Shown: positions 20,418 through 30,235 of the stretch, piece after piece
Position numbering within the stretch: the first letter of the stretch is position 1
Layout: each line of letters starts with the position of its first letter
Assembly (NCBI RefSeq): GCF_001642725.1
Contig: NZ_LSUQ01000004.1
Span: 62,001 to 119,803, forward strand
Direction: 5' to 3'
From: Ferroacidibacillus organovorans
GTDB lineage: Bacteria; Bacillota; Bacilli; Alicyclobacillales; SLC66
Length of the DNA: 57,803 bases
The notes under the pieces: model-generated
Told to the model about the DNA's origin: nothing
Databases searched by the model: none
What the model saw: only the letters and a program-made list of their open reading frames with translations
Translations under genes and position numbers: made by a program

Positions 20418-21734
20418 ATGGATAGGGTGGGGACAATTTCCGCTACATATCGTGTTCCATACCACGATAAGCCAGTTTATGGTGTTGTGAGCGTTCCCGG
20501 GTCTAAGTCGATCACGAATCGGGCGTTGGCGATTGCGGCGCTCGCAAAGGGTGCGACGCGCTTAAACAACGCCCTGTTCAGTGACGACAGCCGCATCCTC
20601 ATGGCTGCGCTGCGCACGGTTGGGTACACGGTGAATGCAGATGAAGCGAGTGCGACAATCGATGTTTTTGGCGCGCAAACCGAGCCGCTACAACAGCGTG
20701 CGGAATATGACCTATTCGTCGGGAATTCAGGTACGAGCACGCGGTTTTTGACTGCACTTTTGGCGCTCGGCAAGGGCGTCTATCGCATGGATGGCGTTGC
20801 GCGGATGCGTGAACGGCCGCTTGGCGACCTGCTAAATAGCTTGCGCGCTATGGGCGTCGATGTACGCGATTTGTTAGGGACGGGATGTCCACCGATTGAG
20901 ATTCGCGGCGCGGGACTCCCCGGAGGGACGGTTTCGATTCGCGGCGATGAGAGCAGCCAGTTTGTGTCGGCGCTGCTCATGGCGGCACCGTACGCGCAAA
21001 GCCCGCTGCGCATCGAGATTCTTGGGGAATTGGTCTCCGAGCCGTACGTGGAAATGACGCGGTCCATGATGGCAGCGTTTGGCGTTCACACGGTTCGTCG
21101 GGAGCGTATTTTGGAGATTCCACAGGGTGTGTATCAAGCGAATACAACGTATGATATTGAACCGGACGCGTCGGGTGCGAGCTATTTTATGGCGGCAGTG
21201 GCGCTTTGCGGCGGTGAGGTGACGATTCGCGGGTTGACGCGTGAGTCACTGCAAGGGGATGTTGCGTTTGCTGATGTGCTGGAGCAAATGGGATGTACGG
21301 TGACATTTTCTTCACACGGAGTCACGATTGCGCGCGGAGATGAACCCCTGCGCGGTGTCGATGTCGATTTGTTTCACCTCTCTGACACGGTGCCAACACT
21401 CGCGGCGATCGCTCCCTTCGCCTCATCGGCGGTCACCATTCGCAATGTCGCAAACATTCGCGTCAAGGAGACGGATCGCATCGCGGCGTGTGTCGCAGAA
21501 CTTCGCGCGTTTGGCGTCGAGGTTGAAGAATTTGCAGATGGGATGCGCATCTCCCCTTGCCGCAATCTCCGCGAGGGCGTGTCGGTCAGGACGTATGATG
21601 ACCATCGCATGGCGATGGCGTTCAGCCTGCTCGGAATGCGCGTTCACGACACGCAGATTCTCGATCCGATGTGTGTTTCAAAAACGTTTCCGACCTACTA
21701 TGAACATTTCGAGAAACTTCTTGATCTTTCCTAG
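20418..21734 (+). CDS. aroA: 3-phosphoshikimate 1-carboxyvinyltransferase (EPSP synthase)
   Basis: PGSKSITNR, GNSGT, RMRERP, SSQFVSALL, RVKETDRI, DDHRMAM; start codon uncertain. Confidence 0.95.
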   Translation: MDRVGTISATYRVPYHDKPVYGVVSVPGSKSITNRALAIAALAKGATRLNNALFSDDSRILMAALRTVGYTVNADEASATIDVFGAQTEPLQQRAEYDLFVGNSGTSTRFLTALLALGKGVYRMDGVARMRERPLGDLLNSLRAMGVDVRDLLGTGCPPIEIRGAGLPGGTVSIRGDESSQFVSALLMAAPYAQSPLRIEILGELVSEPYVEMTRSMMAAFGVHTVRRERILEIPQGVYQANTTYDIEPDASGASYFMAAVALCGGEVTIRGLTRESLQGDVAFADVLEQMGCTVTFSSHGVTIARGDEPLRGVDVDLFHLSDTVPTLAAIAPFASSAVTIRNVANIRVKETDRIAACVAELRAFGVEVEEFADGMRISPCRNLREGVSVRTYDDHRMAMAFSLLGMRVHDTQILDPMCVSKTFPTYYEHFEKLLDLS

Positions 21735-21809
21735 ATACAACGGTAACCGAAACTTTACTCTCGTGTAACGGCTTTGCAATCTTCGTCGCTTATGATGATC
21801 TTGTAACAT
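21678..21809 (-). CDS. Candidate 43-aa basic small protein (not in ORF track)
   Basis: AAGGGGG 6 nt before ATG; MLQDHHKRRRLQSRYTRVKFRLPLYLGKIKKFLEMFIVGRKRF; last 57 nt antisense to aroA. Confidence 0.3.
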   Translation of the reverse strand: MLQDHHKRRRLQSRYTRVKFRLPLYLGKIKKFLEMFIVGRKRF

Positions 21810-21837
21810 ATTTGACCCCCTTTTGATGATTGTCTTT

Positions 21838-21878
21838 GCGTGACGTGGGCATGTTGCCTAGCGTTGCGTCTTTTTTTT
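21838..21878 (+). terminator. Probable intrinsic terminator after aroA
   Basis: Imperfect hairpin GCGTGACGTGGGCA-TGT-TGCCTAGCGTTGCGT followed by a T8 run. Confidence 0.55.
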
Positions 21879-21938
21879 GTCTTCATGTTACAATGCATTC
21901 AATATGATGCGAGCGCTTAGGTAGCTAGGAGGTCATGT

Positions 21939-22874
21939 ATGCGAAAAGCGGTAGGTATTGATCTTGGCGGTACGTTTATGAAAGGGGCAGTCGTCGCGCA
22001 AGGCGGCGAAATCCTTGTGAAAGATGAGATTCCAACGCGTGCGGACGAAGGCGCGGAACGCGTCCTTGAGCGACTCGCGGTGATGATTCGCGATCTTGCA
22101 ACGCGCGCGCAGGTCCCGCTCTCGGAGCTCGCCGGTATCGGTGTGACGATTCCGGGATTTCTTGATCGAAAGACTGGCGTCGCAAAAGAAGTGGTCAACA
22201 TGGGGTGGCGTGACGTTCCTGTCGGTCAGTTGCTTGGGTCGGCGCTCGAATTGCCGATTCGACTAGAGAATGATGCAAATGCGGCCGCGTTCGGAGAGGC
22301 GATCGCGGGAGCAGGAAAAGGTCGAGTGAACGTTTTGTGCGTTACGCTTGGCACAGGTGTCGGCGGCGGAATCGTGCTTGATCACCGAATTCTTCACGGG
22401 CAGAGTGATATGGCCGGCGAAATTGGACATATTGTGCTTGATCCCGAAGGCGCACTCTGTAATTGCGGGCATCGCGGGTGCCTTGAGACGACATCGTCTG
22501 CGACAGGGGTTTCGCGCATGGCGAAGGAAGCGGTGGCATCAGGGGTTGAAACAACGCTCGCTCAGTGCGAAGAGATCACCGCGAAGGACGTTTTTATGGC
22601 GGCGGCGCGCGGCGATGAGGCTGCGTCCCATGTGGTGGCGCGCGCGATTGAACGCCTGGGGCAGGGGCTGGCGATTGCGGCTAATCTTTTGAACCCGGAC
22701 ATCATCGTGGTAGGCGGCGGGATGTCGCGCGCCGGTGACGCTCTTTTTCATCCACTGCAACACGCATTCTCGCGGTATGCGCTCACACGCGTGCGCCACG
22801 CTGTTCAGGTGGTTCCGGCCACGCTTGGCAATGACGCAGGCGTCGTCGGTGTCGCGCATCTCGCGTTTGAATAA
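21939..22874 (+). CDS. glcK: ROK-family glucokinase
   Basis: GIDLGGT, ENDANAAA, TLGTGVGGG, GEIGH, CNCGHRGCLE. Confidence 0.9.
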   Translation: MRKAVGIDLGGTFMKGAVVAQGGEILVKDEIPTRADEGAERVLERLAVMIRDLATRAQVPLSELAGIGVTIPGFLDRKTGVAKEVVNMGWRDVPVGQLLGSALELPIRLENDANAAAFGEAIAGAGKGRVNVLCVTLGTGVGGGIVLDHRILHGQSDMAGEIGHIVLDPEGALCNCGHRGCLETTSSATGVSRMAKEAVASGVETTLAQCEEITAKDVFMAAARGDEAASHVVARAIERLGQGLAIAANLLNPDIIVVGGGMSRAGDALFHPLQHAFSRYALTRVRHAVQVVPATLGNDAGVVGVAHLAFE

Positions 22875-22917
22875 ACTAGAAATGGATCGTTAAGCCAGAA
22901 AGTGAGGAGGTGACGAC

Positions 22918-23789
<872 letters not shown>

Positions 23790-23793
<4 letters not shown>

Positions 23794-24947
23794 GCGGACG
23801 AATCGTAAAGTACGCGTGGATCATTGTCGCGTTTGGCGCAGGCCTTCTGATCACCAACCTCACATCCCCGTACGTCGCACTGAAGTGGTGGTTTATCGGC
23901 CTTTTTTGTGTGCTGCTTGGCCTGTTCTCACTGATTCTGGTTTTTGTGCGACAGCGCGCACGTGAACGCTATGCTGCACTTGTGTTTGAGCGGCGTCCGC
24001 GCGTTGTCGTGATCGGCGGGGGAACGGGGCAGCCTGTGCTTTTGCGTGGGCTGAAGAACCAAGGTGCGGAGATTACCGCGATTGTAACCGTAGGGGATGA
24101 CGGTGGAAGTTCGGGTCGCTTGCGCACAGAGTTTGACATGCCGCCCCCCGGAGACATCCGCAATTGTTTGGTCGCGCTCGCCGATACGGAGCCCCTTCTC
24201 GAGGAACTCTTGCAACACCGGTTTAAAGAAGGGTCCGTGCTGACCGGGCACAGTTTCGGAAATTTATTTCTCGCCGCGATGACGAGCATTACGGGTGATT
24301 TTGAAACGGCTGTCAAAGAGACGAGCCGCGTTTTGGCGGTGCGTGGACGCGTGTTGCCTGCGGCGACACAGGAAATCACGCTCTTTGCGACGTATACAGA
24401 CGGAACGACGGAGGTCGGAGAGTCAGCGATTCCGAAGCAGGGAAAATCGATTGAGCGAATCGATATCGCCCCGCCTGATGTCTTGGCACTCCCTGACGCG
24501 CTCGCCGCGATTCGCGAGGCAGACGCGATCGTAATTGGTCCGGGGAGCCTTTTCACGAGTGTGCTGCCTAATTTGCTCGTCCCTGGTATCGCTGACGCGG
24601 TGCGTGAGTCGCATGGCAAAGTGATGTACGTATGTAATGTGATGACACAACCTGGTGAAACGGATGGCTTTACGGCTTCACAGCATGTCGAAGCGGTGTA
24701 TCGTCATGTCGGGCCGCGTTTCTTTGATATGATCATTGTGAACTCTGCTTCGATTCCAGCGGAGATGAGCGATCAATACGGCATACGCGGCGCGCACGCG
24801 GTCACAGCAGATGTGGAAAAACTACATGCGTTAGGGCTTACGGTGATTGCGCGAAACTTTCTGCACAACGCTTCGTATGTCCGGCATGATCCTGATCTGA
24901 TTGCGCAGCAAGTGCTCGCTTTAATCGGACGGGAACATCGACGCTAA
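23790..24947 (+). CDS. yvcK: YvcK/GlmR family protein with N-terminal membrane extension
   Basis: GGGTG, DDGGSSG, PPGDIRN, GHSFGN, GPGSLFTS, NVMTQPGET, RHD. Confidence 0.93.
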
Positions 24948-24963
24948 GCGAGGGGGATGAATC

Positions 24964-25935
24964 ATGTCGTTTGCTGCGCGCACGAAAAAGGAACTGACGC
25001 ACATTGTCACAAAGCCGTGTTGTGAGCGGGCAGAGTTGACGGCATTGATTCAGCAGTGTGGCGCGATACGCGAGGGAGCCATCCTTGATCTCTCGACGGA
25101 GAATGCGGCGATTGCGCGTCGAATCTATTCGCTTCTAAAGACACACACGTCCGCCGCGCTTGAGGTTATCGTTCAGAAAAAAATGAGGCTCAAGAAAAAC
25201 AATGTCTACATCGTTCGGATTCGCCGCGAGCGGATCGCTGTGCTGAACGCCCTTGGATTGACGGAAGACACGCTCCAATCTGCGATTCCTCCATCTGCCA
25301 TCGCGCGCGATTGCTGCAAGCGCTCCTATTTGCGTGGGGCGTTTATGGCGAGTGGGTCGGTAAATGATCCTGATAGCAACTCGTATCACTTGGAAGTATC
25401 TGCACATACAGAGCGACAGGCGCAAGCGATTCTCGACCTGATGAGCGGTTACCACTTTCACGCAAAGACTGCGGCGCGCAAGAAAGAATTCCTGGTCTAT
25501 ATCAAAGAAGGCGAGAAAATCGTCGAGTTTTTAGGATTGATTGGTGCGCATCAAGCGCTGTTACATTTTGAGGATGTCCGCGTCGTAAAAGGAATGCGCA
25601 ATCAGGTGAATCGGCTCGTAAACTGCGAGACGGCTAACCTGAACAAAACGATCATGGCGGCTGTGCGACAGCTTGAAAACATTCGATTGATTGAAGAGGA
25701 ACGCGGGCTGCATACGCTTGCGCCAAAGCTACGCGTCGTCGCAGAGATGCGCTTGCGTCACCCGGAAATCACGCTGTTGGAGCTTGCGGAACTTTTACCG
25801 GAACGCGTAAGTAAGTCAGGATTAAACCACCGATTGCGCAAACTTGATGAAATTGCCCAACGAATCCGTGCAGAATGTGGGATTTCTGATGATGGCAGTT
25901 TCACACATAGTCACACTGTCTCGGATTTGGTATAA
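24964..25935 (+). CDS. whiA: DNA-binding protein WhiA
   Basis: MSFA..TKKEL, YLRGAF..SGS, VNRLVNCETANL, SKSGLNHRLRK. Confidence 0.96.
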   Translation: MSFAARTKKELTHIVTKPCCERAELTALIQQCGAIREGAILDLSTENAAIARRIYSLLKTHTSAALEVIVQKKMRLKKNNVYIVRIRRERIAVLNALGLTEDTLQSAIPPSAIARDCCKRSYLRGAFMASGSVNDPDSNSYHLEVSAHTERQAQAILDLMSGYHFHAKTAARKKEFLVYIKEGEKIVEFLGLIGAHQALLHFEDVRVVKGMRNQVNRLVNCETANLNKTIMAAVRQLENIRLIEEERGLHTLAPKLRVVAEMRLRHPEITLLELAELLPERVSKSGLNHRLRKLDEIAQRIRAECGISDDGSFTHSHTVSDLV

Positions 25936-26010
25936 TGTGATAAATCATGGATGGACTGTAATGTTGAATGAAATGCGACTGACGACACAGGGTTATTGGG
26001 GGAACGGAAG

Positions 26011-26268
26011 ATGGCAGAACGTACGGTGCAAGTCAATTTGCGTGCGGGACTTCAAGCGCGCCCTGCGGCTCAATTTGTGCAGGAAGCAAACCGCTTTAGC
26101 AGTGATGTATTTCTAGACAAGGACGGCAAGTCTGTCAACGCAAAGAGCATTATGGGTGTCATGTCACTCGTCATTCCAAAAGGTGCGACAGTCACGCTTC
26201 GCGCGACGGGCAGCGACGCTGAGCAGGCTGTCGAACGCTTGGCTGTACTCGTTGGCAGCGAAGAGTAA
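26011..26268 (+). CDS. crh: HPr-like protein Crh
   Basis: GLQARPAA with Gln15 in place of HPr His15, and NAKS46IMG; follows whiA. Confidence 0.93.
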   Translation: MAERTVQVNLRAGLQARPAAQFVQEANRFSSDVFLDKDGKSVNAKSIMGVMSLVIPKGATVTLRATGSDAEQAVERLAVLVGSEE

Positions 26269-26309
26269 TCGCTTGCGCGTAAGGCTGTTGACTGTGATTT
26301 GAAATGAAG

Positions 26310-26339
26310 AGAATCCCTGTAACAAGGGATTCTTTTTTT
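26310..26339 (+). terminator. Intrinsic terminator after crh
   Basis: AGAATCCCT-GTAACA-AGGGATTCT followed by a T run. Confidence 0.8.
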
Positions 26340-26599
26340 AGGTTGAATAGAAAATATTGTCAGAATCATATGCGTCGCTTGATGATGCGGTTCTGACTCA
26401 TTTTCATTTGCACAGTGGACAGTGATTCGATTGACGCGGTAACGTCAAGAAGAGCATTGAAGTTGTCACGAAACACGCTGTTTTGCCGAGACTAAAAGCC
26501 GGATCGTTAAGGTTTAGGCTGTTTGGAGAATGGTGCTGTGTGTTTGGAGGTACCCGTGTCTCTGCTTTTGCCATACAATGAGGGGCAGGGCAAAATGTG

Positions 26600-26707
26600 A
26601 TGGCGGTGAGCGCTGTGAGTGGAAAAAAACAAGACATTATTCATGATATCATTCTGCTTTTTACGGGTATTGTACTATTTTTGTTCTTCTATTTATTGCC
26701 CACATAA
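26600..26707 (+). CDS. Candidate 35-aa single-TM small protein (not in ORF track)
   Basis: MAVSAVSGKKQDIIHDIILLFTGIVLFLFFYLLPT; purine-rich AGGGGCAGGG upstream; stop lies just before the next RBS. Confidence 0.45.
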   Translation: MAVSAVSGKKQDIIHDIILLFTGIVLFLFFYLLPT

Positions 26708-26724
26708 TCTGGAGGGAATCTATT

Positions 26725-26937
26725 ATGAAAGCGAATGAACAGAATCGCTCCACGCAGCCGAGTGACAATACGCCAGAGCCTACTTGGGTGAAAAGAACGC
26801 GTGGAGCAGCAGGTGTCGCTTCGATCCTAGGGATTGTCGCAGTAACACTTTTGGCGTTTGATCACCTTAAACCGTGGTGGAAGGAAACGATTGAAGACGC
26901 TCGAGAGCGTGAGAGTGAGAGGAAATCCGTCATGTGA
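26725..26937 (+). CDS. Small membrane-anchored hypothetical protein
   Basis: RBS GGAGGG; one hydrophobic segment; stop overlaps next start (GTGA). Confidence 0.65.
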   Translation: MKANEQNRSTQPSDNTPEPTWVKRTRGAAGVASILGIVAVTLLAFDHLKPWWKETIEDARERESERKSVM

Positions 26938-27626
26938 AAACGCGTTTGACACAACTTACAAAAAGAGAATTAGCTATCTTGGCGGGTATATTGCTCGCGA
27001 CTGGGTATGTGAACATAGGTTCGGTAAATATCACTTCGAGGGAGTTTCATTTTGACCTGCGAGGCCCACTATTCTGGCGACTGACGAGTGGGTTGCAGCC
27101 GCTTTTGCATCGTCCAGGATCAGAGTTTTATATTCAACTCGAAGCGTATATGGCGCTTCTTCTCTTTACGGGTGAAGCGTACGTCGATGGAATCACTGTG
27201 GGTGCTTCTGCGTTGTTTCTACGCATACGCTCTCCAATGTTCGAGTGGAAACGTCTATCGACGGAGCGCTCGATTGAACACCTCGGCACAGCGAAGGCTG
27301 TGCTCGCACTTATGAATTTTGCGGTAGGAGTGCAACTTTTCTTTCGCAAATTGCCTTTTGTCATTACGGCAGTCAGTTTTCCAGAAGGCAAGGAGATTCG
27401 CTTCGTTACAACGGCTAATACGATACAACGCGTTGAACGCAAACTGCCGAGTAAATTTACATTCCCAGAGCAGACGAGATCAACACACGCGCTCAATAAA
27501 CTGTTAGGCGCCTTGCTTACGTTTCAGGTCTTGCGCATTTATACCGTCTCAATGGGACGCGGGGGTGAACTAGCGTTTTCAATCGGCGGATCTATTTTTC
27601 AATTTCGGAGGCATTTTATTTCATAA
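26934..27626 (+). CDS. Hypothetical protein with four degenerate internal repeats
   Basis: 230-aa ORF coupled to the upstream gene; repeated unit of hydrophobic helix plus two beta-like segments. Confidence 0.7.
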   Translation: MKTRLTQLTKRELAILAGILLATGYVNIGSVNITSREFHFDLRGPLFWRLTSGLQPLLHRPGSEFYIQLEAYMALLLFTGEAYVDGITVGASALFLRIRSPMFEWKRLSTERSIEHLGTAKAVLALMNFAVGVQLFFRKLPFVITAVSFPEGKEIRFVTTANTIQRVERKLPSKFTFPEQTRSTHALNKLLGALLTFQVLRIYTVSMGRGGELAFSIGGSIFQFRRHFIS

Positions 27627-27729
27627 AAGGAAGACTATTCAATACGTGATGAAATGCTACAATCCTGCATGGTCAGATGTTTGCGTTGCGGTTACGATCG
27701 TTCTATTAACCGTTGCGAGGGGGAACACC

Positions 27730-28182
27730 ATGGAACGAATGCTGTCTTCGATACCACGTGCAAATGTAACGTTTAAAAGTGATGAACAATACTTTGAGAT
27801 GTTGACGCGCGTGGTTTTTCTTACAGGATTCAGTGCACATGTTGTAAGCAAACGTTGGCCTGCTTTTCGGATTGCATTTGATTTTTTTGCACTTGATGAG
27901 GTCGCAGTCTATGATGATGCGCGTTTTGAGCAATTGCTCTCGATTCAGTCTGGAATTGTACGAAATGCTCGGAAAGTGAAGGCGACGATTGAAAATGCGA
28001 AAAGGTGTGTCGCTTTGCGGGATCAATACGGAAGTCTCCACGCATTTTTTTCCGACACACTGTGTTCACCGGCGGAGAGCGCCGTGAAAATGTTTACTCG
28101 AACCTTCGCACAGATTGGTGAGAGTGCGGCGTTGGTTTTATACAACATGTTGGAGCAGGATGCTTCTATCATCCATGAATAA
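27730..28182 (+). CDS. DNA-3-methyladenine glycosylase I (Tag)-like protein, short form
   Basis: SDEQYFEMLTRVVFLTGFS..VV.KRWPAFRIAF, GIVRNARKVKATIENA; RBS GAGGGGG before ATG 27730. Confidence 0.75.
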   Translation: MERMLSSIPRANVTFKSDEQYFEMLTRVVFLTGFSAHVVSKRWPAFRIAFDFFALDEVAVYDDARFEQLLSIQSGIVRNARKVKATIENAKRCVALRDQYGSLHAFFSDTLCSPAESAVKMFTRTFAQIGESAALVLYNMLEQDASIIHE

Positions 28183-28294
28183 CATGCCCTAGAAGCAAAA
28201 AGATTGTAAGGTTTGCTCAGCCATTGTATGATCGAGTTACAACAATGGTTAGAATCGGGTGGTTCGTCTGACGTTTACGCCTTTGCGCGTTAAA

Positions 28295-30223
28295 ATGACT
28301 CACACTTCTGTGCGCATTTTTATTATCGCTATCCTCGGAATTTCTGCACTCTTGCCTGTGAGCGATACGTTTGCGCAACGTCTCTCTACAAAGGTGGCGC
28401 GTCACGCTGTTGTAAACACACAGCTACACGTAAACGCGCTGCTTCGCAGTGCGGCGCTGCATCGATCCAGTAAAAAACATTCTTCTCAGTATGCTTTTGG
28501 GACGATGCCGACCCTCGCGAATGCGCAAGTGCTTGTCGTCGCAGTACAATTTGCGGGGCAAAAGGCGACAACGTCACTCGTCCATCTTGCAAACACGTAT
28601 TTTTATTCGCCAAACTCTGTGGCTGCCTATTTCCGTAGTGTTTCATATGGACAGTTTAAGATGAAAGGGAATGTTGTAGGGGCACAGGGAAAGTCGTTAG
28701 CGTGGATGACTCTTCCCCACACGGAGGCGTACTACGCAAATAAAGATAATGGATCGGGTGGACCGTTTCCCACCAATGATGACGGAATTGTAAACGACGT
28801 GATTGCGCAATTAGTAAAAGCACATTTTATTTTTAGCCCGTATGTATACCGTGGAGTGATTCCATATTTGGCGATTGTCTACAGTGGCTATGGGGCGGAT
28901 GTTGATCCAACGGACACTGGATTGATCTGGCCTGTCGAGAGCACGCTGAATACGTCAATCTCTGTTCCGGTGTACGCTTCAAGCCCTGTCTCTGCCAAGG
29001 TGAGTACGTATGATTTAGCACCTGAACTCGCGGATCCCGGAGGTTCACCGTCATCAATTGGTGTTTATGCGCATGAATTTGGGCACATGTTAGGGTTGGA
29101 TGATCTCTATGACACGTCGGGAAGCGCGAGCGCCGGGGTTGGAGACGGCCCGTTTAGTCTGATGGGAACAGGCAATTGGAACGGGAACCCTTCTGGATCT
29201 TCGCCTTCCTTTCTCGATCCGTACAGTCTCTTATTTCTTGGCTGGGCGCAGCCAAAGATCTTAGATCACAGTGTGACAGGCAATGTATTGTTGCCGATTG
29301 AAAAGTTCGCGTCCATTGACTTGATTCCTGCGCCGCAGCATCAAAAGGAGTATTTGCTGCTCGATAACGTGGAACCGATCGGATATGACACGGCGCTGCC
29401 CAATCAAGGACTCCTGATCTGGCACGTGGATGCAAGCCAGGTCAACCCGAACAGTCCAGACTGGTTGAACAATGTATTAAACACCCCTGCGCAAAACGTG
29501 ACGAAACACGATGATTTGGCGATTATCGGGGCATCCGGAAAAAACGATTTGTTGGCTCCCGCAGACAGTGGAATATCGTATGATGACGCCTATCCCAGCA
29601 TGACAGGAAACAATAAATTAACAGCTTCGAGTCATCCTTCGAACAAGATGTTTGCAGGGCCGTCATTCGGAATGGACGTGCGCAACATTGCGCGGCACAA
29701 AAATGGAACGGTCACGTTTGACACGATTGACTGGCAGCAGGGAAAAGGGCTATTTATCGCGCGACCGACAACAGGTCTCACCCTCTTTTCCGGATTGCCT
29801 CTTCCATTGAATGCATTTTATGGATCAAGCTATAAGAGTTCTAAGAATGTTACGCCTTCTGGCGATTGGTACGCGTCAAACGATGTGATCCGTGTGGTAA
29901 ATGGGGTGGTGACTACGCTGTCGAATCGTGATCAGATCGTGACCGTAAATGTTGTCTATAGGTCACAACTGGCCTCCATTAATCTGCAGATTGCCCACGT
30001 CGTCACGCTTCATTTATCGTCACAACGTTCACCCGTTTCACTCATTCATACTAGACCAGCGGTGACGGCGATTTACTCAAACGGAGCGCATGTGAACGTC
30101 ACGAAGGACATTGTTTGGACAAAGGAGACGACTCGCGGGCGTCACTCGTCAGGACTTGTAAATAACAATTCCGGAAATGAATCGTACGTCGGGGAATTTG
30201 CTGGTCAAACGATTACTTATTAA
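28295..30223 (+). CDS. Secreted M6-family (immune inhibitor A-like) zinc metalloprotease
   Basis: Signal peptide; GVYAHEFGHMLGLDDLYDT, SLMGTGNW, GLLIWHVD; start uncertain (28259 or 28295). Confidence 0.88.
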   Translation: MTHTSVRIFIIAILGISALLPVSDTFAQRLSTKVARHAVVNTQLHVNALLRSAALHRSSKKHSSQYAFGTMPTLANAQVLVVAVQFAGQKATTSLVHLANTYFYSPNSVAAYFRSVSYGQFKMKGNVVGAQGKSLAWMTLPHTEAYYANKDNGSGGPFPTNDDGIVNDVIAQLVKAHFIFSPYVYRGVIPYLAIVYSGYGADVDPTDTGLIWPVESTLNTSISVPVYASSPVSAKVSTYDLAPELADPGGSPSSIGVYAHEFGHMLGLDDLYDTSGSASAGVGDGPFSLMGTGNWNGNPSGSSPSFLDPYSLLFLGWAQPKILDHSVTGNVLLPIEKFASIDLIPAPQHQKEYLLLDNVEPIGYDTALPNQGLLIWHVDASQVNPNSPDWLNNVLNTPAQNVTKHDDLAIIGASGKNDLLAPADSGISYDDAYPSMTGNNKLTASSHPSNKMFAGPSFGMDVRNIARHKNGTVTFDTIDWQQGKGLFIARPTTGLTLFSGLPLPLNAFYGSSYKSSKNVTPSGDWYASNDVIRVVNGVVTTLSNRDQIVTVNVVYRSQLASINLQIAHVVTLHLSSQRSPVSLIHTRPAVTAIYSNGAHVNVTKDIVWTKETTRGRHSSGLVNNNSGNESYVGEFAGQTITY

Positions 30224-30235
30224 AGGAGCTTATCG

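Noticed and set aside
18508..21734. Selenoprotein gene near selB
   Set aside because: No gene in the window appears split by an in-frame TGA; judged by eye only.
26011..26268. ptsH (HPr)
   Set aside because: Gln15 replaces the phospho-accepting His15, which defines Crh.
26340..26560. tRNA-Sec or other structured RNA; 77-aa minus-strand ORF
   Set aside because: No cloverleaf or recognisable RNA motif, and the ORF has no convincing RBS or homology.
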